DNA of 47,697 nt from Candidatus Nanopelagicales bacterium (GTDB taxonomy: Bacteria; Actinomycetota; Actinomycetes; S36-B12): contig JALQUH010000013.1 of NCBI GenBank assembly GCA_023263845.1, positions 1 to 47,697 on the forward strand, given 5' to 3'. Below the pieces are notes generated by a model. It was given only the letters and a program-made list of their open reading frames with translations, made no database searches and was not told the origin of the DNA. Within the stretch, counting starts at the first letter, position 1. Each line of letters begins with the position of its first letter. The translations under genes and the position numbers were made by a program. Shown here one piece after another: positions 1 through 9,418 of the stretch.

Positions 1-50
1 TTACTGTCTTCAACCGCTTCACTTGGCTTTGTCAATGAAACGAAGTACAC

Positions 51-411
51 CGCGCCACTCTGCGCCCCGATGCATATTGGCGAAGCGATGATGGGCCGAG
101 GGCATGCCGCGACGAGTGTCGGAGCCATCCATGACGTCGTCGTGGATCAGGGCGCACGCCTGCAGGAACTCCAGCGCCGCGGCCGCGCGGAGTGCGGCAT
201 CGTTGTCGGGGCCTCCAGCTCCGCGGTACCCCCACCAGCAGAACGCCGGCCGTAGCCTCTTGCCGCCCCGCAGGAGATCGGTGAGAGCATCGGCGAGTGG
301 CTCCAGATCGTCACTGACACGCGCCAGGATCTCGCGCTGCTCGTCAACGAAATGGTCAAGGACGTTCTGGACGCGATCGCGTAAGTGATCGACGTCAAGG
401 GGTGATGCCAT
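51..411 (-). CDS. Polyprenyl/GGPP synthase (CrtE/IdsA family), N-terminal part only
   Basis: Motifs GGKRLRP and first aspartate-rich motif ALIHDDVMDGSDTRRG. Family similarity stops abruptly near nt 50. TAGGCT lies 6 nt upstream of ATG 411 (leaderless-type start). Confidence 0.9.
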
Positions 412-481
412 GCTCTGAGCCTACGGGCTCTCGTGCGAGGCGGCACCGCGTAAGGTCGGGTCATGGAGGCCGGGGGAGCGC

Positions 482-1978
482 ATGACCCTCGATGATCTCG
501 GGCGCGCCATCGTCATCGGGTCCCTCGTCGTGCTCGTGGCGGTCGTCGGGGTGCGTTTCGCTGGCCGCCTCGGCGTACCCGGCCTGCTCCTCTACCTCGG
601 CATCGGCATGCTCATCGGTGCCGTCTCGCCGATCGGACTAGAAGACCTCGGTCTCGCCCCCGTCCTGGGATACGCCGCCCTCATCTTCATCCTGGCCCAC
701 GGCGGACTCACCACGAGATGGTCCGAATTGCGGCCGGTGCTGTGGACGAGTGTGACGCTGGCCACGGTCGGCGTGGCGATCAGTGTGACCGTCGTCGCCC
801 TGCCGCTGATCTGGTGGGCGGGCCTGGAGCCGCGTTTGGCGATCCTGCTCGGTGCGGTGTTGGCGGCGACGGATGCCGCGGCCGTGTTCTCGGTCCTACG
901 GCGTGTGCCGATCATGTCGCGACTGCGCACCCTGCTCGAGGGTGAGGCGGGTTTCAACGACGCGCCGGTCGTCGTACTGGTCACTGTGGTGGCCGGTGGT
1001 GCGCTGGAGGCTGAGCCGTGGCTCATTCCCGGTCTGGTGCTCCTGGAGATCGTCGGTGGTGCGGCGGTCGGCGTTGCGGTCGGGTTTGCCACACGATGGC
1101 TGCTGCCTCGCCTGGCCTTGCCGGCGGTGGGTCTCTATCCGATCGCCGTTCTCACGCTACTCGTCGGTGCGTACGGCATCGCTGACCTGCTGCACCTGTC
1201 CGGCTTCCTCGCCGTCTACGTCTCGGCCGTGATCGTGGGCTCGTCTTCGGCACTGCCGCATCGACGGTCGGTCAAGGGTTTCAGCGACGCTTTGTCCTGG
1301 GTGGCGGAGATCGGTTTGTTTGTCATGCTCGGTCTCCTGGTCGAGCCCGGCCGACTCATGCAGTCGATCGGCATTGCCGTTCTGGCCACGGTCATTCTCA
1401 TCATGGTGGCTCGGCCGCTGGCATCGATCGTGTCCATGGCGCCCTTCCGCTGGCCACCGCGATGTATCGCCTTTGTCTCCGTCGCGGGCTTGCGCGGCGC
1501 CGTGCCGATCGTGTTTGCGGCCATCCCGCTAGGCCTGGGAATGCCGGGGGCGGACCTCGTCTTCGACGCGACGTTCATCGTTGTCCTCATGCTGACCCTG
1601 GTGCAGACACCCTTGCTGCCCTGGGCGACCCGGCGCCTCGGAGTCGCGGTGGTGCCCGAGCCCGGTGAGCTCGAGGTCGACAGCGCTCCACTCGACGGGA
1701 TGCGGGCGATCATGCTCGGCCTCGCGGTGCCCGCGGATAGCCAACTCGTCGGAGTCTTCGTGCGTGAGCTCGGCTTGCCGACCAGTTCGGCGTTGTCGCT
1801 GGTCATTCGCGATGGCGCCGCCGTGGTGCCGCATCCGGAGACTCGCCTGCGCGCCGACGATCAACTCGTCGTCGTGTCCACCGAGGCCGATCGGGCAGCT
1901 ACCGAACGTCGACTTCGCGCACTGTCACGTCATGGACGTTTGGCGCAGTGGCAGGGGGATCGCGGCGAGGCGGACTGA
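482..1978 (+). CDS. CPA1-family K+/H+ antiporter (NhaP2/CvrA-like) with C-terminal TrkA-C domain
   Basis: Many TM segments; motifs ATDAAAVFS, EAGFNDAP and GLRGAVPI; soluble RCK-C tail (LVIRDG...LRADDQLVV). Confidence 0.9.
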   Translation: MTLDDLGRAIVIGSLVVLVAVVGVRFAGRLGVPGLLLYLGIGMLIGAVSPIGLEDLGLAPVLGYAALIFILAHGGLTTRWSELRPVLWTSVTLATVGVAISVTVVALPLIWWAGLEPRLAILLGAVLAATDAAAVFSVLRRVPIMSRLRTLLEGEAGFNDAPVVVLVTVVAGGALEAEPWLIPGLVLLEIVGGAAVGVAVGFATRWLLPRLALPAVGLYPIAVLTLLVGAYGIADLLHLSGFLAVYVSAVIVGSSSALPHRRSVKGFSDALSWVAEIGLFVMLGLLVEPGRLMQSIGIAVLATVILIMVARPLASIVSMAPFRWPPRCIAFVSVAGLRGAVPIVFAAIPLGLGMPGADLVFDATFIVVLMLTLVQTPLLPWATRRLGVAVVPEPGELEVDSAPLDGMRAIMLGLAVPADSQLVGVFVRELGLPTSSALSLVIRDGAAVVPHPETRLRADDQLVVVSTEADRAATERRLRALSRHGRLAQWQGDRGEAD

Positions 1979-1999
1979 TCGAGCCCGTGGTCGCCGAGG

Positions 2000-3466
2000 T
2001 TATGCCCGGCCAATGGCCTCGGCGACGATGTCGGCGCTGATTCCGACCAGTGGCAGGCCCCCGCCAGGATGCGATGACCCACCCACGAGATATAGGCCCG
2101 GGACCGGCGAGATGTTCGCCGGGCGAAGGAACGACGCGCGCATGCCATTGCTACTGGTGCCGTAGATCGATCCACCCGGAGCTCGGTAACGGCGCGCCAG
2201 GTCGGCCGGAGTGCGAATCTCGCGCCACAGCATTCGCGATCGCAGGTCAACCCCTCGGCGAGCGAGGACGTCGAGCACATGGTCGGCGTACTGTTCGCGC
2301 TCGGCATCCCAGTCCACCGAACCGTCCCGGGCGGCGTTGATCAAGATGAACCACGACTCGCAATCCTCATCGGGGCGCATGCGTGGGTCGTCCGGCACAC
2401 AGGCATAGACGGTGGGGTCGGCAACTGTCCGTCCCCCGAACACCGCATCGAACTCCGCGTCATAGTTGGTCGGGAACCACACATTGTGGTGGTGAATTCC
2501 CTCCGTTCGACCGCGAACGCCAGCCATGATGACGAATCCGGAGAGCGACGGTGTCGCCCGACGAACCGTGCGCAGCGGCTTTCGTGCGCGTGGATCATCG
2601 ATGAGATCGGCGTACAGCGTGCTTGCGTCGACATTGGCGACGACGATGTCCGCGTCGATGTGCTCGCCGTCGCGAAGTTGCACACCGCTCACCCCCGTGG
2701 TCGTGGTGACGATGCGTACAACGTCTGCGCCGGTGCGAATCTCCACACCGCGCTCGAGGCAGCGGGTCGTGAGCGCATCGGCGAGCGTGGCGATGCCACC
2801 ACCGAGGTGCCAGGCTCCGAACGCCTGCTCGACGTAGGGGATGGTCATGAGGGCGGCGGGTGCCCGTCGAGGATCGGATCCCTGGTACGTCGCATAGCGA
2901 TCGAGGATCGTGACCTGGCGCGGATCCGAAAGATGGCGACGGCCGAATGTGCGCAGCGTCGTGAGGGGGGCGACAGCGCGCACCTCGCGCGGGTCTGTCG
3001 CGAGTTTGATCAGGGTGCTCGCACCGGCCAGCGGCGAGGTGATGAAGGGCCCGCGCGTGATTCGCCACACCTCGCCGGCGCGGACCATCAGGTCATTCCA
3101 GTCCCGCTGAGCGCGACCACCGAGCTGCTGCCCCATCGCAGCTGCGATGCGGCCGGGTTCGACGCCGGGCAGGTCCAGGGTGCTGCCATCGGCAAAGTGG
3201 TATCCGAAGGCAGTGTCCAGAGGCTGCAGATCAACGGCGTCTTCGAACGGTCCTCCGGTCTTGAGGAAGAGATCCCGGTAGACGGCTGGCAAGGTGAGCA
3301 GGCTCGGTCCGGAATCGAAGACGAATCCGTCTCGTTCAAAGCGGTCGAGTTTGCCGCCGGCCCGTGGCCCCTGTTCCAGCACGAGGACGTTGTGGCCCTT
3401 GACGCGCAGGCGAGCGGCCGAAGCAAGGCCTCCCATGCCAGCACCCACCACGACGACGCGAGCCAC
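2000..3466 (-). CDS. Phytoene desaturase family carotenoid oxidoreductase (CrtI/CrtD-like)
   Basis: N-terminal GAGMGG FAD motif, FDSGPS, and C-terminal LYLVGGSSHPGGGLP. Lies next to cruF and a GT2 gene. Confidence 0.9.
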   Translation of the reverse strand: MARVVVVGAGMGGLASAARLRVKGHNVLVLEQGPRAGGKLDRFERDGFVFDSGPSLLTLPAVYRDLFLKTGGPFEDAVDLQPLDTAFGYHFADGSTLDLPGVEPGRIAAAMGQQLGGRAQRDWNDLMVRAGEVWRITRGPFITSPLAGASTLIKLATDPREVRAVAPLTTLRTFGRRHLSDPRQVTILDRYATYQGSDPRRAPAALMTIPYVEQAFGAWHLGGGIATLADALTTRCLERGVEIRTGADVVRIVTTTTGVSGVQLRDGEHIDADIVVANVDASTLYADLIDDPRARKPLRTVRRATPSLSGFVIMAGVRGRTEGIHHHNVWFPTNYDAEFDAVFGGRTVADPTVYACVPDDPRMRPDEDCESWFILINAARDGSVDWDAEREQYADHVLDVLARRGVDLRSRMLWREIRTPADLARRYRAPGGSIYGTSSNGMRASFLRPANISPVPGLYLVGGSSHPGGGLPLVGISADIVAEAIGRA

Positions 3467-3534
3467 AGAGCCAGCCTAGGCGTGTCAGAGTGCCGGCGCT
3501 TCGGCGAGGATGGATGCCACGTCGACGATTGCCG

Positions 3535-4719
3535 TCACGGCAGCAGCCGGCCTCGCCAGGTGAGTGTTCCCGCGCGGTGGCCTCGCAGCGAAGCGGCAAG
3601 GAGCCCGACAAAGGCGGCGACAGAAGCCGGTTGGGTGTAGCAATCTGGCCAGATTCGTTCACCTGTTCTTCGTGCCACCAGCACGCGCCCGGCAACGCCA
3701 CAGGAGTAACCGGCGAGTCCCCACATGCGCGTGCGGCGGTCCGGACCCGCGACGGCGAACACCGGCGGGGCGACGTAGGCCAGGAGCATGAAGGCCATGA
3801 GCCCGTAGGCGGCCGGCTCAGGGCGGAAGGCAGACCACACCGACTTCGTGTAGCCCTCGTAAATCGCGCTCGGCCCGGTGTACATGCGGCATCGGGCGAC
3901 AGCACTTCCGTCGGCGGGAGTGCCGCGGAATCCCGCTCGTTTCAGGGCTCGAAGAACGCCGACGTCCTCCAAAATCATGTCCGAGACGGCCGCGTGTCCG
4001 CCGCTGATTCGGTAGGCCCGTGCATCGACAACGAGGAACTGTCCGATGGCCGCTGCCATCGATGGGTAGTGCTTGGTCTCGGTCAGGCGGGCAGGCAATA
4101 CGTTCATCCACGACCAGGTGACCATCGGCTGCGTAAGGCGCTCCGCCCACGTCACGGCGATTTGATGCGGGTAGGGGGACAGCAGGTCCAGTTCACCGTC
4201 GCGCATCATGCGCACCGTCGAGGCGACAGCGTGCGGCGCGAGGTGCACGTCGGCGTCGATGAAGACGAGCACGGTCCCCGTCGACTCCTGGGCAAGCCGA
4301 TAGCACGCCCAGGACTTGCCCAGCCAGGCCTCGGGGGGTGTCTCGTTGGGACCGATCATTAGCCGGACGCGCGGATCACCGTCGGCGATCTCCTTGACAA
4401 TCCGCGCGGTGTCGTCTGTTGATCCATCGTCGAGGACGACGATCTCGAGGTTGGGAAGGCCCTCCTGTGCGAGAACTCCGCGCAAGGTGTCGGCGATCCG
4501 GTCGGCTTCATTACGCGCCGGGATGAGAATGGAAACACGTTCGGTGACCTGCGTGGCAACATTCTGCGGTCGACGGATCAACGCCAGGTTGATGGCGGCG
4601 TGGGCGGTCAGCAGCGCAGAGGTGAGCGCACCGGTCCCTGCGAGCGCACGCGTTGCGGGGGATAGGGCCTGGACGGTGCGCGCGGCCCGGGCGCTCAGTT
4701 GTCTCCAGTGACCACTCAT
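3535..4719 (-). CDS. Glycosyltransferase family 2 (carotenoid glycosyltransferase, CruC/CruG/CrtQ-like)
   Basis: Motifs IPARNEA, DDGSTD, WLGKSWAC, FIDADV, GQF and ED; C-terminal TM and WRGR. ATG 4719 overlaps the cruF stop (ATGA). Confidence 0.88.
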   Translation of the reverse strand: MSGHWRQLSARAARTVQALSPATRALAGTGALTSALLTAHAAINLALIRRPQNVATQVTERVSILIPARNEADRIADTLRGVLAQEGLPNLEIVVLDDGSTDDTARIVKEIADGDPRVRLMIGPNETPPEAWLGKSWACYRLAQESTGTVLVFIDADVHLAPHAVASTVRMMRDGELDLLSPYPHQIAVTWAERLTQPMVTWSWMNVLPARLTETKHYPSMAAAIGQFLVVDARAYRISGGHAAVSDMILEDVGVLRALKRAGFRGTPADGSAVARCRMYTGPSAIYEGYTKSVWSAFRPEPAAYGLMAFMLLAYVAPPVFAVAGPDRRTRMWGLAGYSCGVAGRVLVARRTGERIWPDCYTQPASVAAFVGLLAASLRGHRAGTLTWRGRLLP

Positions 4720-5510
4720 GGCCGCCGCGTCCAACTCACCCAGGCGAACGGGAGAATCGCGATGCCCATGACGATCCCGCCCCACAGGGCAACCCCGGGT
4801 CGACCGAAGAAGGCAGCGTTTGCCAGGACGCTCGAGAAGTAGACCCACAGGATCATCAGGGTCGGTACGCCGTCTGCGAGGCCACGGCGCTGCGGCAGTC
4901 GGGACAACAGCGCCATGATGATGGCGGCCGTGATGATCCAGCCGACGTAGTTGATGAGTGGGATGTCGGGGATACCGGGCAGGGAAGGGGTTGTTGTCTC
5001 CCACACCCAGTGCCCCTCGGACACCATCTGCGGGTCCAGGAACAGATCCCACGACGCAAGGATCCAGGTACCGATCACGATGACACCCGCCCTTGTGCTC
5101 GACAGCCGTTGGGCGGCGAGGAAGCATGGGTACGCCATCATGGCCCAGGCAAGCATGACGATGACTGGCACGCCGAGCAGCGCAGGTCCCAGGGTGTCGG
5201 CGTACGCGTACGTGCCGAAGGGCAGGCCGGTCGCCACCCCGATTGCCTCCATGCTGAGGCCGACTCCTGCGGCGATAGCGACGTAGCCCAGAGCCCAAAG
5301 CCAACCGCGGGTCAGCCAGGCATGGGTGAAGGACGCGAGGAAGAAACTCACCACCGTCAAGATCGTCATGAAGGTGCGCGCTGGCTCGGCGAGCAGCCAG
5401 ATGATCTGACCCCCGATCGTGATCCCGGCGAACACCCACGGCAGCCACATCCAACTCAGCGGGAGTCGGCGACCATCGGAATGTGGCCCCTGGTAGACGC
5501 GAATGCTCAT
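4716..5510 (-). CDS. cruF: Carotenoid biosynthesis membrane protein (CruF-like 1',2'-hydratase)
   Basis: Motifs E-x-IGVATGLPFGTYAY, GVP, WDLFLDPQMV, W-x-W and IPLINYVGW. ATG 5510 overlaps the upstream stop. Confidence 0.85.
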   Translation of the reverse strand: MSIRVYQGPHSDGRRLPLSWMWLPWVFAGITIGGQIIWLLAEPARTFMTILTVVSFFLASFTHAWLTRGWLWALGYVAIAAGVGLSMEAIGVATGLPFGTYAYADTLGPALLGVPVIVMLAWAMMAYPCFLAAQRLSSTRAGVIVIGTWILASWDLFLDPQMVSEGHWVWETTTPSLPGIPDIPLINYVGWIITAAIIMALLSRLPQRRGLADGVPTLMILWVYFSSVLANAAFFGRPGVALWGGIVMGIAILPFAWVSWTRRP

Positions 5511-6292
5511 GCGGCTGCCGTCCGACGGATGAGTTCGGTGGTGACGCGAGGTACATCCCACATCGGCGCGTGCCCGCAATTCCACAGGACCTCCCAGCGA
5601 GCATGCGCCGGGGCAACATCTCGCTGCTGGAAGCGGGGCGCTGGCAGCAGCCGATCGTTATCCCCGAAGACGATCGTGACGGGGACAGAGGCGGGGATCT
5701 CGGTGGCGCGCTCGAAGCGCGCGTGCAGGGCTCCGTCATGCGCGGCTTCGAAGCCGCTCGCATCCGCCTGCGCGAAGGCGGCGTCGACGGCGATGCGATA
5801 GGGGACTGATGACGTTCGCTCGGCCCCGCTGCGCATGAGTTGCCGGCGAATGGACCGAATCCCCATGATTGTGGGGATGGCTCGACGCGTTGCGAGCGCA
5901 GCCCTGCGATTGAACTGAATGGCTCGAAGCGGGCGGTGAATCGGTTCCCACAGGCCGGCCGGACACAGGCCGACGACGCTGTCTGCACGACCGTCCGCGG
6001 CCGCCTCGAGGATTGTCCAGCCCCCGAGGGAGTTGCCGACCAGGTGGGCGCGGCCAAGTCCCTGTCGATCGAGGAACTCGCCGAGCGCGGTGGCGAACAT
6101 GGCGGGAGTGGCGACAGCCGCACCCGGTAGTGGTTCGGAATCGCCGTGTCCCGGCAGATCGATGGCGTACACGGTGAAGTCGGTTGAGAGATCGTCGATG
6201 ACCAGGTCCCAGCATCGACGTGATGAAGCGAGGCCGTGGACGAGAACGAGCGCGGGCCCGTGGCCGGCGACGTCGTATGCCAACTCGGTCAT
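5507..6292 (-). CDS. Alpha/beta-fold hydrolase
   Basis: HG oxyanion motif, DLPGHG, nucleophile GNSLGG, GDND and GHAPMWD. GGAGG RBS precedes ATG 6292. Confidence 0.9.
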   Translation of the reverse strand: MTELAYDVAGHGPALVLVHGLASSRRCWDLVIDDLSTDFTVYAIDLPGHGDSEPLPGAAVATPAMFATALGEFLDRQGLGRAHLVGNSLGGWTILEAAADGRADSVVGLCPAGLWEPIHRPLRAIQFNRRAALATRRAIPTIMGIRSIRRQLMRSGAERTSSVPYRIAVDAAFAQADASGFEAAHDGALHARFERATEIPASVPVTIVFGDNDRLLPAPRFQQRDVAPAHARWEVLWNCGHAPMWDVPRVTTELIRRTAAA

Positions 6293-6382
6293 CTCGCTCC
6301 TCCCTGTCGGGACACACCCTAGGCCGATCGGTCCCGCGGGGGTTGGGCCGGCACTACGCTGACCGAGACGGCAGGAGGTGGC

Positions 6383-7570
6383 GTGGCAGACCCGGACGGG
6401 CAGGACCAGGACCAGGCAGGTGATCGCCCCGGCCGTCACGGCATCCCACCACGTCCTCCGCTCCCGACGCCGTACAACACCCCCGATCAGGTTTCCCCGG
6501 CCTTCCGGCGCATCGGCGGCTACGCCTGGCGGCTTGCGGCGATCGGTGTGGTCCTCTGGGGCGTCTTCCTGCTCATCACACCGCTGCAGACGCTGATCCT
6601 CGCCCTCTTCTTCGCCCTGCTCGTGACGGCCTGGCTCATGCCGCTGACCAACTGGCTGGCCAAAGCCGTGCCGCGGTGGCTGGCCGGCGTGGTCTCCCTA
6701 GTGATTTTCGCGGTGGCGGTCGGGCTCGTCGTCACCTTCATCGGGCTGCAGACCGCGTCGCAGTGGGAGGGGATTGCGGCCGCCTTCAATCAGGGCGTCT
6801 TAGACCTGCAAACCTGGCTCCGCGATGGCCCCTTCCACGTGACGGATGCGCAGTTGACCAGCGTCTATCAATCTGTTGAGCAGTTCATTCGTGAGTCCGG
6901 CGGTGACATCGCCCTCGGTGTGCTCTCCGGGGTCGGCAGTGTCCTCGGAGTGTTCACCGCTCTCGCCGCCGCCCTGTTCATCCTTGTGTTCTTGCTTATC
7001 CAGCCTCAGGGGATGTTTCGCTGGTTCGTGGGCTGGCTGCCCGCCCGCAACCGCGAGGTGATCTCCCAATCGGTGCGCATTGCGTGGGATGGCTTCTCGC
7101 AGTACTCGCAGGGCCTGGTCCTCGTCGCGGTGACGAACGCGATTTTGGTGACCATCGTCCTGCTCATCATGGGGGTCCCCCTGGCGATCCCACTCGGCAT
7201 CATCGTCTTCTTCGGCGCCTTCATCCCCTATATCGGTGCTCCAATCGCCATGTTGCTGGCCGCATTCGTGGCATTTGTCACGGACGGCCCGCTCGCGGGA
7301 GCGCTGGTGATCGTGTTGATCTTCGTCATCGGCCAACTCGAGGGCAACGTCCTCCAGCCGCTCATCATGGGACAGACCGTCAATCTTCACCCGGTGGCGA
7401 TCGTGCTCGTGACCGCCGTGGGCGCGGCCTACTTCGGCATCCTCGGTGCCCTGATCGGCGTGCCACTCGCGGCGGGTGTGTATGGCGCGATGCGGTACCT
7501 CACCGGACCCATTCGCCACGACGACGGAACGCCACCGGAACCGGCGCCGCCGGGAGAAGGGACGTTCTAG
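6383..7570 (+). CDS. AI-2E family transporter
   Basis: Polytopic; motifs FIPYIG, QLEGNVLQPLIMG and LHPV. AGGAGG RBS. Confidence 0.9.
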   Translation: MADPDGQDQDQAGDRPGRHGIPPRPPLPTPYNTPDQVSPAFRRIGGYAWRLAAIGVVLWGVFLLITPLQTLILALFFALLVTAWLMPLTNWLAKAVPRWLAGVVSLVIFAVAVGLVVTFIGLQTASQWEGIAAAFNQGVLDLQTWLRDGPFHVTDAQLTSVYQSVEQFIRESGGDIALGVLSGVGSVLGVFTALAAALFILVFLLIQPQGMFRWFVGWLPARNREVISQSVRIAWDGFSQYSQGLVLVAVTNAILVTIVLLIMGVPLAIPLGIIVFFGAFIPYIGAPIAMLLAAFVAFVTDGPLAGALVIVLIFVIGQLEGNVLQPLIMGQTVNLHPVAIVLVTAVGAAYFGILGALIGVPLAAGVYGAMRYLTGPIRHDDGTPPEPAPPGEGTF

Positions 7571-7646
7571 GGGTCCTCCCCGGTGGTCTGCGAGTCGTCT
7601 ATGCGTCGACTGGGTCTAGCGGCCACTCGCGTGAAATGATGACGGG

Positions 7647-8600
7647 GTGTCTGCCGGTCATGCGCATGCCCGGGAGTTGACACGCTGGGTGTGGCTCTCC
7701 ATCGCCGTGGCGCTCGCCACGATGGGCATGAAGTTCGTTGCCTACCTCATCACGGGCTCCGTCGGACTTCTTTCCGACGCCTTGGAGTCGGTGGTCAATC
7801 TGGTGGCCGCGATCATTGCCCTCGCTGCCCTTACGGCCGCGACCAAACCGGCCGATGAGAAGCACCCGTACGGTCATGGCAAAGCGGAATATCTCTCGGC
7901 AGGTGCCGAGGGACTGATGATCCTGCTCGCAGCAGGGGCGATCATCTACGCCGCCGTCGAGCGATTGATCAACCCGGCCCCGCTGGAGGAGATCGGTCTC
8001 GGCCTCGTCATCACCATCTTGGCCGCGATCATCAACGGCGTCGTGGGTGTCCTGTTGGTCCGCGCAGGGAGGCGGGCCCATTCGATCACGTTGGTCGCCG
8101 ATGGGCGGCATCTGCTCACCGACCTCTACACCTCCGTTGGTGTGGTGATCGGTGTCGCACTCGTGGGACTCACCGGCTGGCTGCCTCTGGACTCGATCGT
8201 GGCACTGCTGGTCGCCCTGAACATCGCCTGGACCGGTGGCATCCTCGTCCGCAGCGCTGGGCGCGGATTGCTCGATCACGCGCTTGACGTCGAGCACACG
8301 CGTGCGATCGTGACGGTGCTCGAGGAGATCGCGGCGGAGCAGCCGGCTGGTTCGGTCGAGTTTCACGGCCTTCAGACGCGAGAGTCGGGCCGAGATCGGT
8401 TCGTCGCCCTGCACGTCCTTGTGCCCGGTGCGTGGACGATGGAGCAGGCGCACGACCTCTCAGAGGAGGTGGAGGCGCGGATCGGTGAGGTCGTGCCCCA
8501 TGTGACGGTGCATGTGCACCTCGAGGCGATTGAGGATCCGCGCGCCCACGGGGACTTCACGTCCGGCCCTCGCATTCGACGCGACCCGAAAGCCGAGTGA
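7647..8600 (+). CDS. Cation diffusion facilitator (FieF-like) metal transporter
   Basis: Motifs SVGLLSDALES, PADEKHPYGHGKAE and ADGRHLLTD; C-terminal AH...E / VHLE dimerisation domain. Confidence 0.92.
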   Translation: MSAGHAHARELTRWVWLSIAVALATMGMKFVAYLITGSVGLLSDALESVVNLVAAIIALAALTAATKPADEKHPYGHGKAEYLSAGAEGLMILLAAGAIIYAAVERLINPAPLEEIGLGLVITILAAIINGVVGVLLVRAGRRAHSITLVADGRHLLTDLYTSVGVVIGVALVGLTGWLPLDSIVALLVALNIAWTGGILVRSAGRGLLDHALDVEHTRAIVTVLEEIAAEQPAGSVEFHGLQTRESGRDRFVALHVLVPGAWTMEQAHDLSEEVEARIGEVVPHVTVHVHLEAIEDPRAHGDFTSGPRIRRDPKAE

Positions 8601-8680
8601 TACCCCCAGGGGTGTGGGGTCGCCTCGCCTGCATCGGATGATGTGAGGGTCAGCGCACGGCACCTCGACAAAGGAGCGAC

Positions 8681-9313
8681 ATGGCACTGCATCTGGGCGA
8701 AGAGGCCCCGAACTTCACCGCGGAGACAACGGACGGCACCATCGATTTCCACGACTGGAAGTCGGGTTCCTGGGCCGTCTTCTTCAGTCACCCGGCTGAT
8801 TACACGCCGGTGTGCACCACTGAATTGGGCAAGACGGCGGCGCTTCAGGCGGAGTTCGATGCTCGCGGCGTGAAGACGATCGCGATCTCGGTCGATCCCA
8901 TCGAGGATCACCGCGGCTGGGCGCCTGACATTGGTGACGTCGGCGGCACCGACCTGAACTTCCCGATCATCGCCGATCCAGGCAAGCGCGTCTCAGAGCT
9001 CTACGACATGATCCATCCGGGTGAGGGGGACACCTCCTCGGTGCGGTCGGTCTTCATCATCGACCCCAACAACAAGATTCGCCTGACGCTGACCTACCCG
9101 AAGTCGGTCGGCCGCAACTTCGACGAGATCCTGCGTGTGATCGATGCCCTTCAGCTCACCGACAAGGCCCCGGTTGCGACCCCTGCCGACTGGCAGCCCG
9201 GCGACCGCGTGATCGTGTCCACGATGGTCTCCACCGACGACGCCAAGGCCCGCTTCGGCCTGGTGGAGGAGGTCAAGCCGTACCTGCGCTGGACCCCCGC
9301 GCCCAAGGTCTGA
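8681..9313 (+). CDS. 1-Cys peroxiredoxin (Prx6)
   Basis: Motifs HPADYTPVCTTE, YPKSVGRNFDEILR and ATPADW. AAGGAG RBS. Confidence 0.95.
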   Translation: MALHLGEEAPNFTAETTDGTIDFHDWKSGSWAVFFSHPADYTPVCTTELGKTAALQAEFDARGVKTIAISVDPIEDHRGWAPDIGDVGGTDLNFPIIADPGKRVSELYDMIHPGEGDTSSVRSVFIIDPNNKIRLTLTYPKSVGRNFDEILRVIDALQLTDKAPVATPADWQPGDRVIVSTMVSTDDAKARFGLVEEVKPYLRWTPAPKV

Positions 9314-9330
9314 ATCCACCCATTCGTCAA

Positions 9331-9364
9331 CGGCCCGGTCGGATCGCAAGGTCCGGCCAGGCCG
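9331..9364 (+). terminator. GC-rich hairpin, probable intrinsic terminator after the peroxiredoxin gene
   Basis: CGGCCCGGTCGGATC-GCAA-GGTCCGGCCAGGCCG: imperfect stem (G.U pairs, one mismatch) with a GNRA loop and no U-tract. Confidence 0.55.
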
Positions 9365-9418
9365 CTGTCATGTGAAGGAACTGAGCAGACCGCACGTATC
9401 GATGACAGACTCAGCACG

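Noticed and set aside
19-411. 130-aa prenyltransferase as a natural short protein or pseudogene
   Set aside because: The break coincides with adapter-like sequence at the window edge, so it is more likely technical.
451-484. Leaderless ATG at 463 (TAAGGT 6 nt upstream), out of frame with the antiporter by one base in a G5 run, as phase variation
   Set aside because: ATG 482 has its own GGAG RBS and gives a full protein. A G5 run is short and a homopolymer error is equally likely.
2279-3640. 453-aa plus-strand ORF and similar long antisense ORFs across the window
   Set aside because: These are shadow frames of real genes, expected in high-GC DNA, with no recognisable motifs.
3535-6123. 862-aa ORF as a giant glycosyltransferase fusion
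   Set aside because: The first ~470 codons are an alternative frame over cruF and the hydrolase. The real start is ATG 4719.
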